This document shows positions 1-12,300 of a stretch of 64,000 nucleotides of DNA, one piece after another; within the stretch, counting starts at the first letter, position 1, and each line of letters opens with the position of its first letter. Both the position numbers and the translations under genes were made by a program. The DNA comes from Callorhinchus milii (taxonomy: Eukaryota). The notes beneath the pieces were generated by a model. It did not search any database. It saw only the letters and a list, made by a program, of their open reading frames with translations, and was not told the origin of the DNA. Location: positions 7,688,001 through 7,752,000 of the forward strand of contig NW_024704759.1 in the NCBI RefSeq assembly GCF_018977255.1. The letters run 5' to 3'.

Positions 1-3000
1 CATAGGGCAATCAAGCAGATTAACCTCTGACCTATTGACGGTATGTAATCGTGTGGAATCCAATGCAAACAGCTGGTCCTTTTTAAAAAGCCGCCCTATT
101 CTCTCAGGTGCAGATTTGTTATATTGGTTGTGATAAAGGAGGGTAAAGTACAGAACTAATTTACTTCACATTAATAGGTAAGCTATTAAATCCTGGTGAT
201 ACTATTGACAAGAGAATGGAAGTCAATACACAGTAAAGGAAGGACTGTATCCCCAAGAACTTACTTTCATCACATCTTTGAGATATCGCAAAGCATTTCA
301 CAGTGTTTACTATAAAGTGGAGTGCCTATTCTATAGGCAAATGTGGCAGCCAATTTATTCACAGCAATGTGCCACAAAACACTCATGAAATCCCACCTGA
401 GCTAGACTGACACACTTGGATTTGTTGAGCTGCTCTTAGATTGACTTTATAAGGCTCAGTCATTAAAAACTTTCCCCAAGTCTGAACAGAAGGCATTTAT
501 CACTTTGCAGGTAGACAGCTGTTAGGTAATGAAGTTGATTGATCTCACTCAGCAACTATCTGCTAAATGTTACTAGGTGTGTTTGTTAATCTAGGTCCAG
601 TCACTGTGGGTGCGCACATTCATTTTTTTTAAATTAAAGCGGTAAGCATTCAGAAAGTAATCACAATTATTCATCAATGCAACTAATTCAGAATGACTTC
701 AAATAAATGGAATTTTGAATCCAATGATGACCAGGGACAATCCATTCTGAGTTAAAGCTTGGCAGTCATTCATTGTTTTATCCTCAGTAATAACTGGAGT
801 TTTCAGGGCAAGTATGATTTAGCTTGAAAAGAACAGGCCAGACACTCAAGACTGGAATGTAAAACAATCTCTAACCCACAACCCAGACTGTGACAACAAT
901 GAGGGCTTTCAGAGATGCTCTAAAATATAATCACTAGCACAAAATGCTCTCACTAAACAGACTATTGACATGCAGCATATGAGACCTGACCTGATTCTGC
1001 AAGAATGCACATTAGTTACTGATTAAAATGTCAAATAAGCCTTTCTTCAGCCAAATTTCTGCTATATTTCTGCAAAGTGCAGTTTGTATAATATGAAACT
1101 TTACTGAAGCTCTCTTTGTGATCATGTGATGAAACACCCCATGAACCATAGAAACTGGGGAGGGGGTGTTTCTTGCAGTCGAAATCCAATCAGGGTTTTA
1201 TTAGCAGAGATGGTGGAGCCCGATGCCAAGACTTTTGACTCGCACAGTCTCGGCTCACATTCCAATGCATTGCTGGGGGAGCTCTGCATTTCTGTAGGTG
1301 TCTTTTGGTTGTTCCCATGGTGGAAGGACAACTTAGTTTCCTTATCACATAACAATAATAATAATAATTGTTGCATTTGATATAGCGCCTGATCATGTCA
1401 TTAAGATATCTCAAAGTGTGTGTATTTTGTGAGCAAAATATTGGAATCTGCTAGAAATAAACACATATCGGTCCCCAATTTCCTTGCTTTCCGAGTGACC
1501 ATTTATCTCCGTTTCAAACTTCAGGGGCCATTAATTCCACCTAGTTTGAGGTATAAGGCTATCGTTTGCAACATTTTGACATTGTGCAGAATAAATTCTG
1601 GTTATTCTTAAATTCTTAAACTGTGAAGTCGTTCTTTAAACGTTGTTGTGTTCTGCAATTTTAAAAGAACCTATGGAAAAAACGGCTTCAAAATGTTGCA
1701 TTCAATAGTTTAAGTCTGGACCAAGATGGAATGAATTCTGCATTGATAGCTTTATTACGTGGTTAGTGTACTCCACATTCTCACAACCCTTTGAGTGAAG
1801 AAGTGCTTTCTGGATTTACTTTTAATTGGTAGACCTCTAATTTGCAAAATACGTGCCCCCTTTTTCTGATTGCCTACCAGAGGAAAAAGCTGTCCTTAAT
1901 ATTCCTAAGCGCTCTGAGACGCTACCCTGTGTGGAGGGCGCCATATAAGTGCAAGTTGTTGTTGTTGTAGAAGCAGGGTTACAGACTCACATGGAGAATA
2001 ACCATTAACATGGACTAGTTTGGCTGAATGGCCTGATTCTGTGCTGTATTGTTTAATATCCCTTGTAATTTATCTCTTGGAAATTATTTTCAACAGTAGG
2101 TTGGTGTGGGTGAAGACAGGTGTACGTGTTTTTTCATGTATTCAAAGAATGTGTGTGTCTGAGCTCTGTCATCCTAACACCAGGCTTATGAAAGACAATG
2201 ACAGAATCCACAGTGATTCAAAGCATTTTTGTGGTCCTGCTTGATGCCACTTTAGTAATTTGAGGGCAACTCGTTTGATGATAGGAATTTATTGCGAATT
2301 GTGATTCAACCGCACTGAGTAAAAGTAATTTTCCTGCAGCAATCATCACTGACCAGAGAGCGTGTGTGTACCTTTAAATTCTGTAACATTCTGTAATATT
2401 CGCATGAACCATCGTAAGGATGTCAAGATCCCCCCCCCAGTGAACGGCTGGGGATTGCGATCTTTTTGCTAGTTCACTTTGCATGCTCAAGTGCAACGGG
2501 GTTTGTGAGAAAGGACACAGTAAAAGCTCATGGAATCAATGCAGCAAAGCCAATGTCGAGGTCAGTCCAGCAGACTGTGTATAGGATTTTAAATGGGATT
2601 GAAAAAGTAAACTCAGATCGATACTTTAGGATGCATCAAGATAGTAGTTTTAGAGTTGGAAACGGTAATCTCAGGACAGACACCACACTGGTCTCTGACA
2701 GGACCTTGGTTTGCCATCTGATGTGAAGGACAACACTTCCGACAATACAGCTCTCTCTGCCAGCAGTTTAGTTTTTAAGCCTAAATATCCTTATTGTTCA
2801 CATGTTTTTTTTCTACAAAAGTATATTATCCTCATTGAAAAACGATTTGGCAATATTTTCTTTTGCTCCTTTTCCTTCAACCAAATGTCATTAGTTAGTT
2901 GAGTCTAATTGCATCACTGAATTACCCTCTGACACCATTTCTGTTTCTTCTACCTTTTTTTCCTGCTTTACAAACAATTGTGGTGATGACAAAGACTCTT

Positions 3001-3140
3001 TAAAGGCCCCACATAGAACCTAGTTTGTGAGCTTTCTGTGATAACCTCCTCTGCTTCTCAACTGTTGCTCAGGTTTTGATTTTGCAGCTCTGCCGGGATA
3101 TTGCTAAAAAGTGCTGATATATATTTCTTGTGCTACGCAG

Positions 3141-3338
3141 AATTCACAATCACTGGACACCTGCATTCAGAGCACTCTCTCGGCTCTGTACCCTCCATTC
3201 GAAGCCACTGCTCCCACAGTCCTCAGTCAGATCTTCCGTCTCATCGAGACATTTTATAAGGGAGATGGGCTCCGCTGTTTACTGGATTTCTTAATCCCTG
3301 CGAAACGCATCCTGGAGACTGTGCAACAAGACGCTTGC
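3141..3338 (+). CDS. KIAA1755: RhoGEF gene exon 2 (first exon seen; [10 protein letters not shown]...QDAC)
   Basis: cag acceptor at 3140, gtaagt donor at 3339, 198 nt phase 0/0; family N-terminal motif. Confidence 0.93.
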
Positions 3339-6300
3339 GTAAGTGTGATTAAGCATCGAGTCACCCACTCAGACTTAAATACCACGATCAAATGTCTGTC
3401 TGTTTTCTACACACAGACAGACATTTGTCTGAAATAGGTTATGTTAATAAGGCAAGGGGATGAGCAAGAATTCTGACAGTCTGAATAAACCTGATGCTTT
3501 CCAGCTATGATTTGGCTTTTGGAAATTTGCTTTAATGTAGACCTCCATGTAATGCACTGGCTTTGCCCATATTAGTGTGAAAATGTTTTGTTTCAACACA
3601 GATATGATAATTGTCAAATTATGACTCCCGCTACATGAGTTCTATGATCCTAAATATTAAATCTGTTATCAAATATCACATTTTCACCAAAGTGTTCTCC
3701 CGAATCTTATCTAAAAATGCTCCTTGGGTATATATTCACTCACCACAACACCAAACAATTAATATATTGTGGTTAACATGTAGAAGATCTCAATCTGCAA
3801 TGACATTCTCTGTCTAAATGCTAACTTTTCTCGGCAGTCCATGCACCGCAACAATTGACAGCAACATTAGATTTTGATAGATTTTCATTAATGAGCTCTT
3901 AAACTGACATGTGGCTGAATAATTGAGAAGTCAGAAGTACTTATAAAGGTGAAAATTGAGGACACAAATCTGCTTTTGTTGTAGCAATACAATAGGACAT
4001 AGGTTCAGAAGGCTTACCTCCCAAAAATTGTAAAGGGCAATTTCAGGACAGATACCAGGAAGATTTCCTTTACTCAGATAGTAATTAAAACTGGAACAGT
4101 TGCCAGGAAGGTTCAGCCCAGGACACTGGACTCATTCTAAAAGCAGCTTGTTGCTATGATGGGAGGGTGAATATTCTGGAGGGATGAGATTGAAAGGACC
4201 AAATGAGCTTATGCATCCAAACCGATATGGTAACTTTGTGAATGCAACATAGCCCCTCCAACATAAAAAGGTTGTCTCAAATGTACATTAAAAAACGACA
4301 TTAATTAGACATGAAGTGAGTGCTGTTATGGAAGCAAATGTAGCAGCAATTTGCAGAAGCCATGTCCTACAAACATAAGAGAGAAGTGAGTTATTTAGAA
4401 TAGTTAGGGTGAAATTGAAGGAGGACAGAATATAAGCCAAGATAACTATGAGTAAACTAGTTTCTTAAAGGAACAGTTCCTACTACTACAAACGGCAAAA
4501 CAGACTCCCATAGAGGTAATTAGGGAGGAATTTGGCTGTCAAACAATCTGTACTTGAAAGGCATATATCTGCACAAGATATACTGCAGCACATTTATTTT
4601 AGCTCATACTGGGTTTAAGTTATGCCACCTCCTGCTTAAAGACCAATGCTTAAGCGGTAGTACTGGCACTTGAGTGATGCTCTTTGTGTCACCTGAGTTT
4701 GCTGTTTAAATTCCTGGATTGGTTCCTGCATTTGAGTAGAACTATAGGTTCAGTACCAGTCATTCAGCCCCTGCCCCATCTCCCCACCCATTTCTCTCCC
4801 CTGGGTGGCCATTGACAGCAGAAGTAGTGACTTTTGACATCAGCCTCAGGGTCAGGCACCACTCAACAACAACAACAACAACAAGATTTCATTTATAGAG
4901 CGCCTTTCACGTCGGGAGGACGTCCCAAGGTGCTGGGACTCCCTCTGCCATTTGGGTTGGCCTAAAGCCCAGCAACTGCAGATCATCCTGGCGCAGTGGT
5001 AGCACTCTCACATCGGGTGGGGTTCAAGCCCCACATCGGAACTGGGAATCACATTGTCTAAGATGATATTCCATTGCAGTGCTGGGGATGTGTTGCATTG
5101 TTGGAGGTGGTATCCTTTGGATGAGACGTTAAGCTAAGGTCCCGTCTGCCCGTTCAGGTGGATGTTAAAGATCCCATGGCACTATTCGAAAAGAGAAGGC
5201 AGTTTCTCCTGGTGTCCTGGCCAAAAATCCCCCAAATAAAATTGATCCCTTCCTCCATGGCTGTTTGTGGGACATTGTCCACAAAATTCTCAGTCAATCC
5301 ACTTTACAGTATATCCTGTGAAGCGCTTTGAGACTTCTTGATGATGTAATAAGACACTATATCAAATGCAAAGATTATTATTATTATACTTTACTATGTG
5401 GGGGAGAGAAAAATATTTTTTAAAAATAAAGATTTTTAGCACTATATTGGAAATGATCGGCAGCCAAAACCACTTCATTTGGTTAAGTAGTGATTGATCA
5501 TTGTGATAAAAACCCAAAGAAATGTGACAATGGATAACAGGAAATGCCTCATGTCTGTAATAGTCTCTGCATTATGTACCTGCACCACAGTGGAAATCAA
5601 TCAAAGATTGAGTCTGTTGTTGACAGAAGGTGCAGCAGGTAAAAAAAATACAATACAAGTGATCTTCAAAATATTGGAGAACCTTATGATTTATTGGTAT
5701 GCTAATGGCCATAAATAAACAGGAGAAAATTAATCTGTTGACATCCATGAAAGTTTTTTTGAAATTCAATCCTTTTGTGCATAGAAGCAGGAAATCTAGG
5801 AAATACTCGCAGTAGAAACAGATAACAATTGGATGGGTCCAGACCCAGGCACATTAACAAAGTGGAGTCCTGTAGGTACTCACCAGAGGACCTGAGGCAG
5901 GGCAAAGCCTTAGGCAAGTTTCCTTACTCCACACGCCTCTGTTTATCTAGCAGTAAATAGGGACCTGGTTGTTGGTCAATTGGTGGATCGCTTTCCGGGG
6001 TTATTAATCCCTCAATTTAAGACTTCCCATTATGGAAAAAATCTAGGCATTTCCCACTTGATGAGTCTTTGGTGAGCTATCGTCTGATCCACAAAGCAGG
6101 TTTCCAGAATGCTGCTCCCTCTCTTTGTGATTACAGTAAACCTCACAAGTGTGGACCATACATTTAATATGACTTATGTACAGTATGAGTTATGTCAAAC
6201 TTGCATAAAATATAAACTCTTGACCCGGATTTGGGCAGATGTATGACTTAGGCGATTTATACAGTTCAGACTAAAACGAGTTTTACTGTACTATCAAGAG

Positions 6301-9300
6301 TAGAGGACTGAAGTTTAGTGCAGGAACAAAATGTTGAAGAAAAACCTGGTTTTCGGTGTTTTCCACTGAAATGCAATTTATCACCCGAAGTAGGCAGATG
6401 GAAGTGAAAGGTTATTACTATTATTGTCTGATGGATGGATATTTCAAAACTTTTCATAATTAGTTACAATGGAATCTGCTCAAATTGTCGGTCTCCTAAA
6501 TCATTCGCCAGCGAACACAGACAGATTTAATTACGAGTTCACAGCTGACTGCTTTTCGTGATGTATTTTTTATTGGAAGTGTCACTAGAAACAATAAAGC
6601 GAAGCACTTGACTCTTTTAAATCAGATGATTGCTCGCTGAACCAGGTCAATCCTTACTTCCTGACCTGAAATAATTTATAGTTACTAGTTTATTGTTGTG
6701 AGGTTGCATTATTTTTAGGCCCCCTTGTACCTCCAGTATGTGGACAGAGATGTAGAATGAACCAAAGCTAAAAAGTAGAGAAAAGTAGGAAAACACGAGG
6801 AAATGAACTGGAATTCAGCCAGTCTGCAGTCTTTTATAATGCAAAAATAGGTCCCTATTTTCCTTCTTCTTCCTCGCCTTGCCTTTGTAATTTTGGTCCC
6901 TGTTATTTTTGTTACTTTTAATTACGTTCTTTTTATTTGTGTTCATTATATACTGATAACAACTGCCCCCCTGTGTGGAACTTCATCCTCCAGTCTCTGA
7001 CTCATTGTATCCCTCACCTTGTTCAAGGACTGTCTCAAGGCCTACCTCCTTGACCTTGGTTTTGGTCATCCTTCCCCTCCAAACCCTCCCCTTCTGCCTC
7101 CCCCTCTCCCACCTCCAGCTTGGGTGCCAAGCGAGCATTATTAAGCACCTTGGGACGTCCTCCTAATATGAAAGGTGCTAGATAAATGTAAACCTGTATT
7201 GTGTTTGTATTACACTTTGGGTGAAAAACATGATATTCAATATCACATTTATCACCAACAATATTTATAACATTATTAACTGTTGTGATTTCTGCCCTGT
7301 TATTTCTCTCCATTTCCTTTATTCTTCACTTTCTAACATTTTCTTTTACTACATTTTTATTCCTATCTTTTCCCCCTTTCATAGTCCTTACATCTCTGTG
7401 ATCTCTACTTCTCCGTCATTTTCTGCTTCTTTTCCCTACCTTGGCTTTATTCTTCATAATCCCCTATATCTGCTCAATTTCCTAAGGATCACCCACTGAA
7501 ATTCCTGCCTCTGATCTTCCTGATTACGATTCAATAATACCTGCTGGAAAGTGCACAAATGGGTGTATCTGAGGCCCCAAATTTCTTGTCTTGAAATTTA
7601 AGTTTGATAAAATTGCGAAAAATTCTTAAATTCGCTCTTAATTCACTCGCCCACAAAATATACAGTCAGTTCACTTTACAGTATGTTCTGTGAAGCACAT
7701 TGAGACATCTCGAAGATGTGATAAGGCGCTATTTGTGGAGTCCTGTAGCTCAGTGGTTAGAGCACTCGCCTTGCAAGCGAGACACCTGGGTTCAATTCCA
7801 GGCAGGAGGCGAAACCTTGGGCAAGTTTCCTTACTCCACACGCTTAATAATAATCCCTCCAAAAAAAACAATAATAAATTGGTCATTTTCAATCCACGAC
7901 TGTTTGTGGGACACTGCTGTGTGCAATTGGCTGCCGCATTTCGCCCCCAATTATACAGTCAATTCACTTTACAGTATATTTGGTGAAGCGCTTTGAGACG
8001 TCTAGAAGACGTGAAACGCGCTATCAAATGCAAGAATTATTATTATTATTACATCAAATGTAAAGATTATTATTAATCTGGTCTAACGTTGGTTCTTTTT
8101 AAGGATTGCAGATAAACAGCTTTCAAATTAAGACTACATTTAAGAATTGTCCACAGTTCTATGCGTTCTGTAATGTTGAGACGAGGTAGGAATTGTGGGT
8201 CTCAGATAAGTTCAGGTTCAGGCGTGGTTGCGATGTCCCACCCTATGGTTGGATAGCCTGCCAAAGTACACTGTCTAAACACCCACATAAAGAATAACCT
8301 TTTGCTGAGCTGCTGGCAGGATGACTGATGCCTGTGGAACTGTACTCTGGAATGGGTCAGAGCTTTCAGAAGAGGTGGGGAGAAAAGTTATCACAAGGGT
8401 GAGATTTGGTTAGGTGGCAGTTGTCATTGGTGAAAATGCATCATGTCACTCTCAACGGGAAAGTTGTACTGCCACAATGTGACACTTGAAAAATTGAATC
8501 CATGTTTGAAAGAAGCCATCGAGTCATTGTAGTTTCAGAGCTCTGTTTACAACCTACTTCGCACCAGAGTATCAAACTCTCAATTCAAATGATAAAAAAT
8601 AATCCTTGCATTTCATACAGTGCCTCATCACACCATTGAAAGTCAAATGCAACGCATGTACATAGGCAGCCCAAATGGTGCAATGGATAGAGTTGCAGCA
8701 GACAGACAGGGAGCTTGCTTGTTTAAATCCTGCTGAGATTGCCGGTCTCAATTGCGTGGGAATGTTAAATTGTCTCTTTCCAGGGTCAAGGAGGTTGAAG
8801 TCAGCCCATTTCACTGCTCCTTGTCCCTCTTGAGCACCCTCTATAGGTGGTGTGCATGTGTAGCATCCAGGATGAGAAGAGGAATGTGCTTGTGGCGGCT
8901 TGGCTGGTCTTATGCAGTCGTTGCCAGAGCTCATTTTGGCCGGGTACCTGAGGGCAACCAGAGCAGAGATTAATTGGATGCACTGAATCTTTTTTAAATA
9001 AATACTTGCTTACATTATCCCGATGACTCTCATACCAGCATTTTCACTCCAGCAGTATATCTGCTTCCTTTTCCCACGGTTTCTCTTTCTGATCTCTGAG
9101 CATAATTTTCAAATTACTACCAGATTTGAATTTTCCTTGTACTGTGAACTCAATGCCCCACCCCTCCTCCCCTCTCCACTGGGAGTTAGATATAGATTGT
9201 GGAAAGTAAATTCATCGTTAAGGCTCTTAATAACTTTCAGAGGGAAAAACAGTCAGCTCAAAAGCAAACAGCCTACATATTTATTAGGTCCCGCACCTAC

Positions 9301-12300
9301 TGATTTCTTTTTTGTAGAAGGTGAGGGTCTGTTGGGAAAGCACTTGTGTGCTGGCACGTGATCAGGAAAATACTGAATGCAGTCATTGTTGGCAGTGGGA
9401 CTTGCAGCTGAGCCACTCGAGAATGAATTTCTACACTGCTCTGGGGGTGGTGGGGGGGGGGGGGTCATTTGAATAAAATGCACATGATTTTTTTTTACTC
9501 CTGATCACGTACCACAAAATTGTGCAACATCCCAAAACGGTCTCCGAAGTAGAAAATGCCACTGGTCTCTTCTGAAGGCTCCTCTGTGTCTCGATCGTTT
9601 TTTCGTAAACTTACTGAGAAGTCGTGTTCTTTCATAAGGACTCAACTCCACTCCAGGAGTAGATTGCATTGGAATTCCTACAGGTTTGCGCGACACAGTT
9701 TGTGTTCTTCGCCCCACACCCCCACCCCAAATATGGTCACTTAATTCATGATTGTTTGTAGGACACTGTTGTGTGCAACTGGCTGCCGCATTTCACCCAC
9801 AAAACACACAATCAATTCACTTTATAGTATCCTGTGAAGCACCTTGAGATGTCTTATTGACATGATAAGGCACTAAATCAAATGCAAGGATTATTATTAT
9901 TATTATCACAATCCTGATTTCACGATATGGATTCATTATTAAGGAATTCCGTTAAGAAGTAGCATTATTAAGAAGTAGCGCAAATGGCCACTTGTGTGGA
10001 GCGTGGAAAGAGCCCTCGGAACTACACGCTGATGTGAGGCAGCAACTTCGGGAAAGGAAGGCAGAAAATTGCAGCAGGATAGGTTAATTATGTCAGTAAA
10101 GGCATTGGGTTATCAGGAGCAACATGTCACTGACAATCGTTCAGACTCTCAGGAGTGCTGGGTTTCGCAATAGGAAATAGGATACATGCAGCAGATGATT
10201 TAAAAAAAAATGACAATTGATAAAATTGGAACAAAAAACATTTGTTTTCAATGTTAATAGCAATCCAGGGTATATTTTTGGAGGAATTTGAAGTTTGCTT
10301 TATAATCCTGCGTGGTAAGGTTATCCAGTTGTTAATTTGAAACAGAAACTTCTCCTTTCTTTACCAACTTTTTCAGTTTGCACGCATATTACAATAATAA
10401 TAATAAACCTTGCATTTTATATAGCGCCTTATCTCGACAATGCCTAACAGTTCTTCAGAGTTTTTCATAAAGTGTAGTGACTGTGTATTTCTAGGTGAAC
10501 ACGGTAGCCAGTTTGCACACAGCAAAATCCCATAAAGAGCGATGAAATGTGACCAATTTTATCTGGAGGATTGTTGGGAGAAACTCCTTTCTCTTTTCCA
10601 ATAGTGCCACGGGATCTTTAAGATCCAACTGGATAAGCAGACTTAATTTAATATCTCTCCTCCGACAATGCAGTGCACCCCCACACCCCCCGGTACTGCA
10701 TTAGAGTGTCAGTGCAGTTTAAGGGCTCAAACATTTATTTGAATCTTCATCTGAGGATCTCTGGTTGTTTGGAACAGGGTTTATTGTACAATTTCTTTAC
10801 ATTTTTCAATATAAATTTAATGTATCCTGATTATAGTAGACTTGATGTCTGTCAAAATCAGGCTAGCCTTAGGCATGCTTAAAGCACATGTACTTTGCTG
10901 ATTCTAAATCCTCATGCTGTATAGCCCTCTGTTACAGATTCCTCCTCTTTACTTCAATGCTGGTCACACTGTCCTCCCGGCTGACACTTCACCTCCTCCT
11001 TGCGATCCAGACATATTCATTCCATGCTTCTGTATTCCCAATTTACCCACTGGCACCCGCCCAGCTGCTAAACTGGGCTCTCTATGAGCAGAAAGGGCCT
11101 CAAATTCTGAATGCTGTTTCAAGCGAGAAATTGTACATGATGCAAAGAGTGTGTTAGTAGTTGTCCTCTGAATCCCTGTGATTTTATTTTCTGCTTACAG
11201 AAGTAGGGCAGGTTTGCTCAATCCACAAAGTCTGCTCCTTAGATTTACCTTTACCTACCTTTCCTGCCTGTCACATAGACGTATAGTGCTGGCTCTGGCA
11301 CCAAGGCCACAGATGCAGGATGATCCGTTTTAACAGTCAGAACATTAGGAATTTGTTTAAACACTATAACCTATATACATGTTTAGTTAGAAATAAACAG
11401 ATGCAACTGCCTAGTTTGTAGGTGAACAAAACAGCCAATTTGCACCCAGCAATGCCTCACAAACAGCTATAAATCGACTGACCAATTTTATATGGGCCAT
11501 TGTTGACCACGACACCAGAAGAAACTCCCTTTTCTTTTTGAATAGTTTCATGGGATCATTAACGTCCACCTGAATAGGCAAATGGGACAATCCTCGGTTT
11601 AACATCAGAGTCCAACCTTGACAATATAGCACCCCCAGCATTGCACTTGTATTTGGGAACTGGAGCAGCAGCCTAGGCAATGTGAAGCTTGCATTCTGAA
11701 ACCTTCCTCAAGAACTGCTGGTTCTGTGAATGATTGCACATTGTGATCGCATCGTACTGCACGTGCATTCCCGGAAACAGGAGTGCAGCGAGGCGAGGTT
11801 CAGAAGCAGTGAGCGCTGTCATGGACACTGAAAAAATCAGCCATTTCATTTATTTTTCTATGAGTGAAATTCCAGTGAAAATAATTTTTGAAGTGACTGA
11901 CTTTTATGCAAAAATACCCTGTATTTATCAGTGAATATTAATAAAAGCAAACAATTTTAATGTTCCTTGTCCATTAGGAACCAACCTCCTGAAATAACAC
12001 AGTAACAGCTTATTTATAAGTACTGCCTCACACTATGTTTCCTATTAATACAGCATGTCTGTTTTCTGCCCTCAGGCTGGATATTCAAGTCTGCTATTCC
12101 GCCATGAAGGCTGGCCTCTGTGCCTCCATGAGAAAGTAGTGATCCAACTGTCCTCTTTCAACGTCTTTCTCCTGCGGCCCGGTGACTTTTATCTACAAAT
12201 TGTACCTCGCGGACAACAATCTGCGCGGATTGTGCTGAAATATCTCAGCAGAGACCTCTGCACAGTGGAGGAGCAGCGATTGCCGGAAATATCCTACACC

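Noticed and set aside
7741-7810. tRNA-Ala(TGC)-like gene (also at 45058-45125 and 39690-39755)
   Set aside because: It continues directly into a SINE body and tail and has no Pol III terminator, so it is a SINE head.
12055-12075. ATG of the 468-aa ORF as the gene start
   Set aside because: It lies in the pyrimidine tract before the 12075 acceptor, and the homologous N-terminus is on the exon at 3141.
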